From assembly GCF_009914755.1 (NCBI RefSeq), contig NC_060928.1: a stretch of 64,000 bases of DNA; one strand, written 5' to 3'. The DNA is from the human T2T-CHM13v2.0 reference genome, Homo sapiens. The translations under genes and the position numbers were made by a program. Positions 45,303 through 60,126 of the stretch are shown here, piece by piece. Position 1 is the stretch's first letter; the number at the start of each line of letters is the position of its first letter. Under the pieces are notes generated by a model. It worked only from the letters and a program-made list of their open reading frames with translations. It made no database searches and had not been told where the DNA came from.

Positions 45303-45584
45303 AGCAATGTCCAGTAATCATACAATGCAGTATGTCATGTAAAATTTTCTAAGAGCCACATTTTAAAAAGTAAAAATATGAAAAATTCAATGTTAATAAT
45401 ATATTGTATTGGTCTCAACATGTCCAAACTATTATATCAATTTGTGATTGATATAAAAAGATAAATGAAGTATTTTACACTATTTTTTTATACTAAGTCT
45501 TCTAAATCCAATCACACAGTGCATCTTAATATGGCCCAATCAAATTAACCGTGTGGCTAAAGGCTACCATATTGGATGCTGCAG
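45303..45584. mobile_element. MER33/MER3-like hAT-Charlie fossil within L2 fragments
   Basis: aaattttctaagagccacatt and gtggctaaaggctaccatattgga motifs. Confidence 0.65.
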
Positions 45585-47595
45585 GTGGAGAAAATCTTTG
45601 TCCTTTCTCCCTTTAGGATTTGGATCAGTCTTATACCCTCTCTGAGGATGTTCTCCTTCATATATAGATCTGGATGCCCCCAATATACCACCCCAACAGT
45701 GCCACAGATGCACCCCTTATAATAGCACTTATCACACTGTATTGCCTGTTTGTGTATTTTTATCTGCCAGTATGGTTGAAGCTCCTTGGATACAGGGACG
45801 ATGTCTTTCCTAATTTTATATCCCAACCAAATGGCAAATATTTATTACAGAAAGAGCTATGAGCTTTCACTCATGTTCAATAGAAACAGCATGTAATTGT
45901 CCAAGTGGAAATTGGTTAAACAGTAAGTCCCAAATCTTTATTAAGCACTTATCACTTATAGTCCACTCTGTTGGTAAACAATCTCTATGTTCTAGGTTTC
46001 CTTCAATCTACTTTTCAAAAACAAAAGCGAATTTTAAAGCCAAAATTCTCACAAATGTCTAGTTAATGTAAAATGATTTAATAAAAATCAAGTTGACACT
46101 TGTATTACAAGTGCTCTTTGGAAGAGAACTGATACAGATTACTTTCATCTAAGAATTAACAGAGGAACTAGTCAACATTTGTAACACAAAGGGACAACAG
46201 GGTAGCATCTGCTTCCAAGCTGAGGCTGGTGACCCTCAGGGTGATTTTGTGTCATCTAGACCAATGACACTACTTGCTCTATCTGTAAAGGGCCGAACTA
46301 GCAACAAAAAAGACACCTCCCTTCCTTTCTTTATTAATATCTGGCACTTAATCATCTTTAGAAGGCATAAAATAAACACATCATTTATTTACATGCTTTT
46401 GATTAAAATATTAATCTGGCTTTAGTTACAACTGTGTTGTGTCATGGCCATATAAGCAAATTTATGATGAAACTATTAATCTTTCTCTTTAATGTCCTAT
46501 TTTTGGGGGAAAAATGAAGGATTTTATAAAATATAAATTTGCAAACACCAAAATAATCATTTTCCTACATGTTCGCTCAGCATGATTTTCTTTTGTAATG
46601 ATTATAATGTGCCATATTAAAAGGCTTTGTAAATTATATGGCACTATATAAATGTGAGTTATTATAATTATTGAATAGGCCATTAATTAAATACAGTGAT
46701 ATTAGAAAAATTGAATTTTAATTTTCATTAGTCTTCGTAAGTGTTAACTAATGACACTTTGGCAAATCTTAATATCACTGCTCATTTGGAAGTTGAGAAA
46801 AATGAGGCAAATTGTTGTAATTTGCAAAATGCCTTTGAGTCAGTCTTAGGTAGATTCAAAGTTAAATGGCAGCAAACCCTCCAAAACTTTGACCTAAGTG
46901 TTCAGTTACTTCTCACTTATTTCTCCTTAAGTGCCTGTGTTGAACAAATCTCTCATTTAACCTTTTTCCTCCAGCTGGTAACTGTTGGCCAATGCTTGAT
47001 TTTGATTCCATTAGTCAGCTCTTTTATATAGCTTTTGCAAAATTGTGTTGATGTTAGTGAGTTTTTTTAAAGATAACACATAAATCTAACCTTTACAGTC
47101 AAAAATCATTTCCCTAAGCCTTGGCTAGCTTAGATGCAAGATATGTCAAAAGCTGATCTTCACTGAGCTAACTCTGAGTGGCTAGCACACAGGGAGCAGC
47201 TGCACTGAATAAAAGCAGTGCTATATCTCATTGATTAGTCATGGCTCCCTAGAGCATCATGTCAGAAAAGACCGTAAGGCTCTGAGGGGGCTCAATGGGA
47301 AAGAGTTCCATTATCGATTAGGAATGTCTGCCATGGGCATGGGCTGGATTTTGACAACTGGACTGACTTATTTTTGCCATCCAAAGTCTAGGTTGATAAA
47401 CAGCGGTAGGGAGTTGGGGTAAAGCCTACCCACTAGTCAGCAGCTGCTGAAAATGAGGACTGATCTTCAGACAGCAAACAAATATAACATAACGTGGATC
47501 TTTACACAGAAGGGTCAGCACTGTCTATATGTCAAGTTAATATAATACCCCCTGGTAAGTGGTGCTGAAATCCATAAAATGTCATTGAAAAGTAG

Positions 47596-48059
<464 letters not shown>

Positions 48060-48520
48060 TAAATCCAACTTGAACTCAGTCTCTTCATGGACAATTTAAG
48101 TCTCCTGCCGGCCAAAAAGACAAAAACTGAAACGAGATAGCAATCCCTCCTCATTTTCCGCTCAAAGAGAGAAGTAACAGGAAACAGAAAGAAAAACTTA
48201 TCCTGTGATCAGAAAGAACAAATATCTGACTGAAAAAAAAATCTCTACTCCCTCCATTTTTCAAAACAGAAGGTGAAAACAGTAATGAACTTCAAAATGA
48301 AACTGTGAGTGAGAAATATACTGACTTAAACATTTTGTTTTCCAATAAGTTAGGTCAATGGGGACCGAAGACTTATGGATATTTTAAAGCCAAAAGGCTG
48401 AAAATGGCCTGTTCTAACAAAGACTTAGCTTTTGTTTATTTTCTAATCTATCACCAAAAAAAGCACACAGAAAAAGAAGAAACCCTACTTTAAAATAAAA
48501 GTGAGCTCCAGGCCACTTAC

Positions 48521-48641
48521 AATTGCCTTCTGCCTCTGCCTCTCCCTTTGCTTGGCCCTCTCAGACTCTCGCTTCTCATACTCTCTGCGATATTCTTCCC
48601 TCTTCAGCCTCTCGTGCTGATATTCCTCGTAGCTGTCATAC
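48521..48641 (-). CDS. PPARGC1A: PPARGC1A exon 10 (121 nt; YDSYEEYQHERLKREEYRREYEKRESERAKQRERQRQKAI)
   Basis: tttcccag|GTATGAC...GCAATT|gtaagt; translation in frame. Confidence 0.97.
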
Positions 48642-48794
48642 CTGGGAAACATAACTTTATCACTAAGTCAACCACCTCAATTTTCATGAGCAAAATGAAT
48701 AATAATATGGGGAGGGGTATAGGGTTTTGGAGAACATCTTGTCATCTCAAGGAGGGGATAAAGGGAGCTAAAGGAAAATGACATGCCTCATTAC

Positions 48795-48899
48795 CTGGGC
48801 CGACGGCTGTAGGGCGATCTTGAACGTGATCTCACATACAAGGGAGAATTTCGGTGCGTGCGGTGTCTGTAGTGGCTTGACTCATAGTAATAGCAGGAT
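48795..48899 (-). CDS. PPARGC1A: PPARGC1A exon 9 (105 nt; SCYYYESSHYRHRTHRNSPLYVRSRSRSPYSRRP, second RS domain)
   Basis: cag|ATCCTGC...CCCAG|gtaatg; translation in frame. Confidence 0.97.
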
Positions 48900-49463
48900 C
48901 TGCGCCAGAGGAGAAAAGCAAAAAGGGCATTTGCAACTGCCACTTAACCCAAGTTTATCGGCACTGTGGAGCATCCTCTGGGACACTGTATTACAGAGAC
49001 TGGCTTTTTCTTCCCAGCTACTAGGGAGATTTCCCAGTGACAGTTTGTGATCATCTAGTCAACTTAGAGGGCTGGGAGTGATGTGCTCTCTCTCAGCGTC
49101 TCTTATTGATGTTAACACTGAGCACCAGGTCTGGTACACTGTCAGCTTTATCTTGCATGGATCTCCACTATCCTGGCACAGGGCAGCTCTCCAGGTAATG
49201 GAAAAAGTTGGATGAGCAAGTTTCTTAACAAATTGCTCTCTCTGATAGGACTGGCTCAAGGCACTGTGCTCAGAGGTGACAGATTTAAGAGAACATGGAG
49301 AGAGATGTGAGTGTAACAATGTTCTCGTTAGTTCCAGCAGTGCCAGAATTGCAGTGGTCAGGGGCCAGAATGGCTGCAGATTTCAAATTTTTATTTGTAT
49401 TTTATTTTATTTTTTACTTCTTAGGAACACCTTTTGTGTTATTAGGGTTTTGCCAAGGTTTAC

Positions 49464-50379
49464 CTTGAAGAGGATCTACTGCCTGGAGACCTTGATCTTG
49501 ACCTGGAATATGGTGATCGGGAACACGACCTGTGTCGAGAAAAGGACCTTGAACGAGAGCGCATCCTTTGGGGTCTTTGAGAAAATAAGGATTTGGGTGG
49601 TGACACAGAATCTCTACATGGAGAGTTAAAAGAAGAACAAGAAGGAGACACATTGAACAATGAATAGGATTGCGTGCCATCCCAAGGGTAGCTCAGTTTA
49701 TCACTTTCATCTTCGCTGTCATCAAACAGGCCATCCATGGCTAGTCCTGAATTTATAAACATAGGTAGTTTGGAGAATTGTTCATTACTGAAATCACTGT
49801 CCCTCAGTTCACCGGTCTTGTCTGCTTCGTCATCAAAAACAGCTTGACTGGGATGACCGAAGTGCTTGTTCAGCTCGGCTCGGATTTCCTGGTCTTGGAG
49901 CTGTTTTCTTGTGCTGCAAGGAGAGACCTGCTTGCTTGCCTCCAAAGTCTCTCTCAGGTAGCACTGGTCTGAATCTGTGGAAGAACAAATCTGCCCCTGC
50001 CAATCAGAGGAGACATCTTTATTTTCTAGTTGTCTAGAGTCTTGGAGCTCCTGTGATATATTAATGAGTATTTCTGTTTTGGAATTAATTGACTGGCAAT
50101 AGTCATGGTCACCAAACAGCCGCAGACTGGGCCGCTTGGTCTTCCTTTCCTCGTGTCCACCAGTGAGGACTGAGGACTTGCTGAGTTGTGCATACAACTC
50201 GGATTGCTCCGGCCCTTTCTTGGTGGAGTTATTGCCTTGTGTACCAGAAGACTCACTGTACCTGGGCTTCTTTGATGGTGGTGGCACCACAGTCTTGCAA
50301 GAGGACTTCAGCTTTGGAGAAGCCCTAAAAGGGTTATCTTGGTTGGCTTTATGAGGAGGAGTGGTGGGTGGAGTTAGGC
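49464..50379 (-). CDS. PPARGC1A: PPARGC1A exon 8 (916 nt; LTPPTTPP degron, DHDY HCF-binding motif, Gly482, first RS domain with Akt site)
   Basis: ORF 49460..50290 (276 aa) is PGC-1alpha (FGDHDYCQ, ADKTGELRD, RSRSRS); acceptor ttttgccttag|GCCTAAC, donor CAAG|gtaaac. Confidence 0.98.
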
Positions 50380-53300
50380 CTAAGGCAAAAATTAAAAAAA
50401 AAAAAAAAAAGAGAGAGAAAGAAAAGAGACAGAGATAATGTTCTTAAATGCGAAGACACATGTTTCTAATTTTTCCAAGATTTCAGACAAGGGTTCAAAC
50501 TGAGTGAAGAAGAAGGAAACTAATTTCATGACAAGGCCTGAAAAACTGACTCATCCCCTAAGCCTCTGTCACCAAGAAAAGATGGATCTACAGTGCTGAG
50601 CAGGAGGCTGTGATCTTTTGTATTTCAAACACCAATGCTAACAAATCCTGCTTCCCAGAAAACATGAATGCATCACCCCTGGCCTGCACGGAACTAGGCA
50701 TTATTACCAAAGCTTGCATTTTCAAGGGGATTGTATGGGCTGCTTTATGGAAAATTAACAAAGTGAGACTGAGGAATCACGGAATAGCCTTGGTAGCATT
50801 TGTCTGCAAAGAACATTGCAGAGGATGCAAGCAGCTCAGGGGTCTTTGTCCAATCAAGAGAATCTACCCTTGGAGCCAAGGAATTAAGCAACTTAGAAGA
50901 AAAAAAAAAAAAAAGATGGGATGACAGGAAATATGGGGCAATGGTGAGAGTGACATAAGCAACTTCAAAGTAAGTTCAGTGAAATACGACAGCCGAATGC
51001 AGGGACCTAGAGCAACTCTACAACTTAACGGCAGTGATTCTTTGTCGCCACAGTTCATTAACCTAGTAAACCATGGCTAATGTAGGTATAATACATTCTT
51101 GTAAGCATAACTAATACATTCTGTCTAAAATATGGTTCTGCAACAGAAACCTAAGTGAACAGTAACACTAAATATCACAGTGCCAGCCGACCATTTTATA
51201 TAGAGCACAACATAAGGGAGGGTTATGAGACTGAGGGATTGAAACTCAGCCAAGCTTCAGCAGCTAACTAATTAAATAAATAAAAAGGAAGAAAGAGGAA
51301 CAGCCATCAGCTGTTGCTCTTTCTGCTTTTCTATAGGAGGGCAGAACATTTCATCAGAAACCACTGTGGGAGAGTCCGTGAAGCGTAGTAGTTTCCTCTG
51401 TTGAGTTTTCCCCCAAGTAAGCCCTACTCATCCGTTTGTGCCGAGGAAGAACCATTGTCAAGTGGCTCCAGAGTCCAAGGAACTTTGAAGAAGGGCAGGC
51501 TGGAGTTCAAATGAGTTTACGCTTACAATGGAGCATTTTAGTTTACAATACATTTTCTGTTTAGGAGGCGGGGTGAATACCATTCAGCAAAAAGAACTTC
51601 AAGTCTGCTAACAAGCCTGGGGTTAGACTTAAGGCAAGTTGCAAGGAAAAAAATGCTACCTTGCTGGAAAAAAAATAAACACAGACATACACAACACACA
51701 TATATCGAGAGCCAAGTAGGTCACAGAAAGCCACATGAGATTTTGATATGAACAGGAAGATGCTGCCTCACTCTCCTACTTTATAATTAAGAAATGGAAA
51801 GAATGAATGTTTTCTCTAAAGTGAAATATTTTACACCAATATTTGGCAATTTTTATTATTCAAAGCTAATTCTCCCTGAGAGAAGAAAAGGTATACAAAT
51901 GCAAGGTGGTTTGACTTCGGAGTTCCAACTCAGAAAATCTCAGAAAGACAGAGAAATGCAAACACAAAGTGAATGGGACACTGTACTCCACTCATGGTCA
52001 CACCTGAGTCTCAAAAAGGCTTCCCTTTGTTAACAGCTGCTCTTGGATGGCTCTTTGCCCTTCTCTTTGCTGTAGCAAAGGAAGTGACTTACATGACTGA
52101 ATGAAACATCTGTGCCACTGAGGCACACTCAACTCTTGTTTCCTCTCTCATAGATAAGTATGTCTTTTACTCAACCTAATAAATTCCTATTTGGTCAATC
52201 TTATCTTTTCTCTCCATTTTCACTTGCTTTATTTACGAATTGCACTGCCTTATTCATGCATACTGATTTCTTCTACATGCTACCTTCAATTACCACTTGC
52301 AATTCCCAGCGAGATAAAAAAAAAAGCACATTCTCAAATATTCCTCCTAGGAGCCTAAGATACTTAAAGAAATAATGAGGAATAATCTCTCTTTGCTGAG
52401 TAAATACCAATCAAATATGTCCAATGACATAGCCCTTGAATTGGAGGAAATGGCATTCAACATCCTCATATCCAACTCCGTAAATCTTTGCATGATCACC
52501 CCAAGCTAGGGTAATTTTTACTTCTTTAGTAATTTACTGTCAGGATCCCTCTATTGATACCAATCACATATTACTATACATTTTTGCTTATCTCTTTTCG
52601 AATGTGAATTATGTCTTGTCTTTCCAAATCAGTTATAAGCGCTTTGCAGGATGTTGCTTGGGCACATTTGTTGCATTATTATTTTGTACTAATTTTATTT
52701 TTTCTAGATTCTCCTTTAGTCGTGGGTCTCACATTTCAGCAGCCCAAGAATCACTTGGGAAACCGGGTAAACATTTTTAATGAGATGCTTCACAGGCCAC
52801 ATCTGAGAACCCCAGCCCTAGAGTGTCTGCCGCACGCCACTTTGTACTCTCAGGTATACATATCTTGACAGATATTTTAGATTTATAAAAAGAAACCTTA
52901 AACTTCAGGAACGCCAAATTAGGCCACTATTAAAGAGCGACTGGTTCTAAAAATAGCTCAGGTATCTAGGGATTTCAAATATAGAAATCCTTCTGAGTCT
53001 TGAAAATTTGAAACCCTTGTCCTAGTACCCAAGCTCATTATCGCTTAAATAACTGGTTCTCAAGTTGCTCTGGGGAGTGGCGACACCTTGATTGTACTTT
53101 CTTTGGGTTAAAAACAAAGCCTTTTACCTCTGTCACACATTAGACAGCCTGTGGCCATTGAACAGACATTCGTTGAACACCTACTATGTGCTGGATATGA
53201 CACCAGATACTGCTATTTCAGGGACTCAGCCTCCAGGGACTTCACAATCGATTTTAATAGAAAAGCGCTTCTTTAAAATTTGACATAAGTATATTTTTCT

Positions 53301-54610
53301 GCATATACACTTAAAATTGATGGAAACACCCAGAGACCATCAAATATGCCCTGTGAGTAAAAATATAAGGGCTGGAAATTTCTGCGGGCACCATTTGTTG
53401 AAACAAATAGGTAATATTTGCTTATTGAATGGAAGATATTTCAAGATTAGTGAGTAGATGGAGAGAGAAAAATAATTTGGCTAATTCCCTAAACCCTTCA
53501 TTGTTTACTGAAACATCTCTAACCGGAGAATATCTCAAAGCAAGATTGAGAAATCTCACGGATGACAAGATTTCCTATCACCAAGTGCCTCCCTAATGGA
53601 AAGCCTATCTCCAGATACAGTTGAGACCCAAAGCCAAACAAAACAAAACAAAGGTGCAAGAAGTATGTTTCTTTCTTTGAACATAGTGTTAAACTTTTCA
53701 GAGCTGCTGATGAGACAGGCAACCCCTTGCTGCCTCTGAACTAGTTGTTATTTCTCTAGCCTCACCTCCGCTACCCACAACTTTCCCCCCTGAAGTAAGA
53801 GGGAGGTCAGTGCTCAATCCCTTGATGCCACTACCTTTGCTCATCTTCCCACTAATCTCTGGACTCTCGATTTCATGCCACAAGCCCAAATCAACAGTGC
53901 TAATGCCTCCCATAACCTCTGGATTATTTCCTGCGTGTTGATTTTCTGGGGAATGTGTACATTTTGGTGTTGACAGTACAAGGTATATTCCATGCTCTCT
54001 CTTGAACTTAGCAGGTTTTGACAGATTTATGTGAGGACAGATGGCCATTACAGGCTGAAGGCTGACAAGAGGCAGTTCCGAGCATTGTTAACACACTTGC
54101 ACAAACTCTCAGCAGTGCAGCTCGGTGCAGAATGTAATTCAGACTATAGCTTTTTTATTGCCGCCTATTTTCTTTTGTCAAAAGAGCCTGCTGTGCAGAG
54201 CAACAAATGGCTGCTATTACCCAGAATGTAATGGGTGTCAGACAAATCACATAACACAAACAATCAAGAGTATGTAGGTCATATTTCAACAGAGCACAAC
54301 CTTAGCAATATTTATGATTACTGCATTGAAATGTGCTCCATAATAAACAAGCACCTCTACATCACTCACACTTACGCACTTCTGCACAGCAAATCTGGGA
54401 GAAGTGGTACATACTCTACAGTCATCTTTTTAAACAGCCCTTTTATTTAAAAAAAAAAGGCAAAGACAAGTTTTGTTTTGTTTTTCATTATCGCTATGAA
54501 ACGATTTTCTTGGAGGAGTTTTCTTTTGGGTTTGTTTGTTTAATTGAATGACTCTGATAAATGGTGAGTCCCTGGCTCTGTTTCTTGTGATGTGCTATTC
54601 ACCAATGGCA

Positions 54611-54641
<31 letters not shown>

Positions 54642-56382
54642 GGAGTTTATAACATTTTGCAGAATGTACTGCAAAATCTGCAACTTACTTTCAAGTTTGT
54701 TTAACAGTGGGATTTTGCATATGTTGCATGCCAATTCAGGTATTTAAGAAAAAAAAAATTAGGAGATGAGTTTCTAAGTTGCTTAAAAACACACCAAAAT
54801 AGGAAGACTGAGCAAAGAGAGGTGTGTGACTTGTCCTACTCACATATTTCAGGCCTCATGAATTTGGAGTGGGTGTCAAGAGTGCAGAGGGAAAGCTGAT
54901 ATTCACTGAGTACCAACCGTTACCTCTACAGCAGTTGTTAAAATATTCAGTAGATAAAAGCTGCCCTAGTGTTCTCTCCTTCTGCACCTACTTCCCCAGG
55001 ACTCACTGGAGCTCCACAAGACCCAGCAACTGAAGTGTTCACACTTGGCACAGAAGACTATCCAACAGACCCTGCTGGTCCTCTGGCTGGCCACAGTCCA
55101 TTTGGGAGTGGCCTGCCTCCAGTACATTTTAAGTATTTCTCCTATCACCCCTGGTTACTGGGTAACAAACTGGCCTTGGAGAAAAGCTTCAGAACATTCC
55201 TATGACATAAGCCTAATTCCCCAACTCTTGCTCATGGAAGATGAAGATATCATTAATTGACCCTTGTGTAAATTCCCCACAGAGCTGGGATAGAGGATGG
55301 GTAAGGGGAACCTGGCATTTCAGGTGGCTATTGCCAAACCCCAAAGCTGATGTGGGAGAGAAAATTCCTTTGCTATCCTTGGCTTACAAGAAATAGGATG
55401 GTACCATTTCCAGAGAAGAAAAATTAGGAATAAAGGAATTGTCATTATAGACACTGGGTCAAAATGAATGAAATTGAAAATAGAAAATGAAGAATATGGT
55501 TGAAATATGGAAGAAATCTCTGACAGTAAGAGTCGCCAAGCATTGGAATGGGCTGTAAAAAGAATTTGTTGGGTCTTCCTTTCTTAGATTCTTGAAGCAC
55601 AGGAATAGATTATGTGGCCTGTCAAAATCACCTTCCAGTTCTCTGATGCTATGCTTTTCCTTTTAAAACTACCGACAACTACCCATATTTTACTTTGGTC
55701 CACTTTCCCAAAGATATGTCACATACACAAGGAGTATGTATGCCAAAAGGCTACAGCCGTTTGTCAATATTTATGCTGTTTGTCAGTACATTTTTCCAGC
55801 AAAGTGAACTTTTAAATTGAGAGTCCACAAAGGCAATGTAAAATTCAACATAAAAGTGGTAGTTACAAATTGGTTAATGAGTATTTTGTTGTTGTTTATT
55901 TGTGAGTCTACTAAAGTACACTTTGAATGACTGCTGATTAAAGCGTAGAGAAAAAATTAAGTAAAAAATAAATAACATCAAATCACATGTCCCCTCTGAT
56001 GAAAATAATGTGGAAAAACATATATCAATGGAGAAAAAAATTATGAAGGCCTACTTGTTTTAGGGTGATGACATCTGATTATATTTTTTGCTCTTCTCAT
56101 TTTATCAGTTATAAAATAGTTCTACTGCTGTTACAATGTTTACAGTAATAACAAATAAAAACTATATATACATATACATAAAATTTTGGGGTCACTTTGG
56201 TCCCTACCCAAATTCCTTCGTGTCTGTGGTTTAAACCGTCACCTTGTTGAGCTGACATTGCTTTGCCATTCCCATTTCAGAAACAAAAAAGTGTAGCACT
56301 CTGAAAATCTCCATATGCAATAGATTTAAATGCCTTCTGCCAAAAGAGCATTCTCTTTTCTCTCATCTTGCTTTACTAACAG

Positions 56383-56411
56383 CTATTTTGAAATCAAATT
56401 AGTTTTTACAC
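56383..56411 (-). CDS. PPARGC1A: Alternative intron-7 exon (8a-type) coding G-VKTNLISK-stop; its 3' boundary is not determined
   Basis: Strong acceptor gctgat-aaaaaaa-ctcttctcttttacag|GTGTAAAAACTAATTTGATTTCAAAATAG; in frame after exon 7; VKTNLISK matches my recollection of a described truncated PGC-1alpha isoform. Confidence 0.8.
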
Positions 56412-57429
56412 CTGTAAAAGAGAAGAGTTTTTTTATCAGCCAAAATGAGCTAGTTTAGGACAATCACAAAGAAGTCAGACCAGCTGGCAATACCTAATAA
56501 AGCAAACTTCCTATCTCATCCCTCCTGTTTCTCAAAGACACTGCAGATGGGGCAGAGGCATTATTCTGGAGGTCTTAGAATTTTGTTGACTCCTTACATT
56601 TCCACTTAAACATTTGGAAAATTTCACCAAAATTTGTGAGAGTAAAGAAAAAGAAGACACCAGAAGGCCTGAGCCAAAGCTTGGGTCACTTCTGCTGCTG
56701 CAGTCAAACTGATTAAGCCTGTAGACCAAGGATCAACAAACCACCAATATAAATGCTATTTCTACCCTTGCCACCCACCTGCTGCACCTATGGTAGACAT
56801 CACTAATTGATCATGACATTCCCCATGAGCACAGACTTGGCCTTAGAATCTTTCTCAACACGATGCTCCTGGCAGACAGTACCAATCAATGACACTTGGC
56901 AAGTGCAATGAAGCCTATTTAACATAACATATGTCAATTACTATCTTTAAAATTCAGACTTCAGGAAAGAGATATAAGTTCTCTTCAGGCAGACCTGCTT
57001 TGAACCCAGGGTCCATTAGATAGCTTGTGTCAACGTATAAATCTTTCCTCAACAATGAAATGGGCAGAAAGTAAGGAAGATACTGTATGTGAAGTACCTA
57101 TTTAGGGAGTGCCTGATTGCCAGAAATTGTAGTCATAGAAGTAGCTGTTGCTGAGAGAATCTCAAATCAGTGAGTGTTCTGCCTTGATTTGGTAAATTCC
57201 ATACCTACACCAAAAGCAGTATTTGTTCAATTTGATGTGAAAATAGTAGGGGGTGGGGGAGGCACAGAAAAAGAATAAATAACTTCATATATGAGATTGC
57301 CAAAGAGGATACACAGCAAGGGCAATAAAAGGGAAGAGGTGAAACCAGTCAAAAGTTGGAAAGATAAGAAGTAAGGTACAACGACCACTGCAAATGAAGT
57401 TAACTCAGAATTAGTAATTAAATATCTAA

Positions 57430-57670
57430 TATTTATTGAGTACTTATATAATAAGGGGGCACTCATATTTTATCTCATTTAATCCTCACACTGACCCAGT
57501 GAGATGTAGGTATTGTAACCATCTTCATATCATGCATAAGAATCCTAGTCTTTCAGAGGTTAAGTAAATGGACCAAGGCCACACACTAGATGGGAGGTCA
57601 TTCAGAATTTAAACTTGGGTTTGCCCAACATCCAAGCCAAGGTTTTGTAAACTTCACCAAGCTATGCCAT
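57430..57670 (-). mobile_element. MIR
   Basis: atttattgagtactta...tctcatttaatcctcac...gaggttaagtaa. Confidence 0.75.
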
Positions 57671-60052
57671 CTGCTCTTTAAAATCACGATATACTACTTT
57701 TAATTGAAGCTTTGCTGCTTATAAACTGTTTTACTTCAGATCGAACCACATAAAATTCCATTTTTGTGTGTCAAAAATGATTGCATACTGGCAATTTTAT
57801 TTTTCAACCTATATTTTAGTCTTTTGAGTAGACAATTTTATCAGTAGTTATGAATATGACTTTGAAATGGAGGAAACTGAGGTGTACAAGAGATCAAGGA
57901 TGTAGAAAAGAGTCTTAGCAATCAAAAGATCCAGGAGGGAAAGTGTGTGTGCCATCTTGTTGCTCCTTATTGATTTCACAGTCCTTGCCAAATTCATTGT
58001 CATCTGAGCATCCCTTTGGTTTCCTGCTTTCTTGCTTCTGCTCCATCAACATCTTCTCTCCATTCCACCCCTACGCTTCAAAATCTGTGCATTTTTTTTG
58101 TTTGTTTGTTTTCCCTGAAGGCTCTCCAAGTCAGGTTAGCCTATGGAGAGCTTAATTTCCTCCACATTCCTTTCCATGAATCACCTCTGTCATTCACTAG
58201 GATGATAGTATTGCCTAAATATTTCTGTCAGTCCTTTAACTGCCTTTATCATTTTAAAAAACTCTTTTGGCCAATCAATGTCTTTAAACTTGAACTATGC
58301 TGCAGTGTTTTCCCTTTGATAACTCTTTTTCTCCCTTTGTGATTCTTTCTAGGTACAATTAGTGTTTGTCACAATCTTCAAACACTACTAAGCGACCAAT
58401 TTTGCTGAAGATTTTAAGAGGAGATGACAATTGTAGACATTATATGTTGCACTGCATTTCAAGCCCAGAATATCTCTAGAGAAAAAACAAATCTCCCTCA
58501 ATCTCCTCTTTATGTTATTCTCCAGGAAGGTTCCAAACTTTACCTTCTAGCCTCATTCAGCATCTTTCAAGTCCTCATCTCCTTGCTTTCCAAAGCTCTA
58601 AATCACTTCTGTTACATAAATGCAATTGGGCTTTACTTCAGCTTCCCCAATTTATATCTGTACAGCTATTACAATCACACTCAACAAACTAAAAACTGCT
58701 TTCTGGGCCTACCTTTGTTAGAAGGTGGTGGAACATATCCAGTAAATAATATTTGCTTTCATGCTACTTATCAATGTGTCTCAGTACCCCAATAGACTAA
58801 ACAGTTCATGTGCATTGTACTGGTGATTGAAATTATGTAAGATGGTAAAATCTCCTGTAAATGAATGAAATGTGAGTGTGGAAAAATATTCCTGTAAAAA
58901 AAAACTCAAAAAAGGTCATTGCTAAAAGAAGTGTTATCAAATTAGTTGTGGATGGGTGGAATTGGAAAATATTTGAAAAATTATAAAAATCTAGAAGAAT
59001 TCAGACTACCATACCAATGTCTCTAATCTTTTCCTTCAAGGAGCAAGCAATAAAAAGTGGCTACCATCTATAATATGTATTATATAATAATATATTAGTG
59101 TGGTTTATACAAGAAAGATGAATCAATAGACCCCCAAATAGTAAAAAATAAGCTTAAGGTAAAGATCTCCATCTTCTACCAAAACTGTAATATTTGAATG
59201 TATATTTTTGTGTTTTAAGCAAAGGTAAAATAAAACAGTATAAGCTTGAATCAACTTTTTTAATAAACCCACCAATTGCTGGTCCTCACTGGTCAGATAA
59301 GAAGGCCTCTACTGCATATCATATATACACACAAAAGCTACTCCTAAACATATATGTAAGTTATAATGTATTTAAGAAATAGTGTTATGTATTTAAGAAA
59401 TGATGTTAAGTATATGCTTATAAGTAAAGATTTGTGTCTATGTGTGCATGCCTATAAAAATATGTATATATGTACATATGTGTGAGTCTGCACACACATA
59501 CACTATATATCTACACCATGAAATTAACTACTCTACTGCTTGACCAAGTCATGCAATCATGCATTAGACCTTTCATAAGAAGGTAATTTAGCAAACACAA
59601 AGTGTGAAATTAAACTAGCAACAATGACCACGGTGCAGGTAGGCACCATAGTTCTGGTTCAAAGCATCTTGTTTAATGTACTGTTCCTTTAACCTTATCA
59701 GCAATGGCCAGAGCCAAGGAATTTCTTGTTTAGACATCCCACGACTCACTTTTTGGTGGGGTTCAAGTACCTAAACTTAAAGCACTTAGTGCAAGGGCAC
59801 CATTTGCAACCAACTCAGAAGTTTGCCTAAGAGCTCTTCAGTTAGTCTAAGTTTTTTAAGCGCTTCAATATTTTTTATTAGTTTTTTTTTTTTAAATAAA
59901 CAACTGGAAATATTTGCAGATAACTTCTTATCCAATTTTGTATTCTTTGTTAATTTCATTAACCACATAGACAGTACACTCTGTTATCTTATTACACACA
60001 CACACATATACAGACAGACACACACAAGTTCTAAGTGAAATATAAGGCTTAC

Positions 60053-60126
60053 CTGCAGTTCCAGAGAGTTCCACACTTAAGGTGCGTTCAATAGTCTTGT
60101 TCTCAAATGGGGAACCCTTGGGGTCA
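60053..60126 (-). CDS. PPARGC1A: PPARGC1A exon 7 (74 nt; DPKGSPFENKTIERTLSVELSGTA)
   Basis: cttccag|TGACCCC...CTGCAG|gtaagc; frame continuous with exons 6 and 8. Confidence 0.96.

Noticed and set aside
49414-50354. Alternative-frame and antisense ORFs over exon 8
   Set aside because: Short shadow ORFs of the real CDS with no independent support
52947-52956. Perfect MEF2 motif CTAAAAATAG in intron 7
   Set aside because: A few such matches are expected by chance in 64 kb of AT-rich DNA; no supporting cluster
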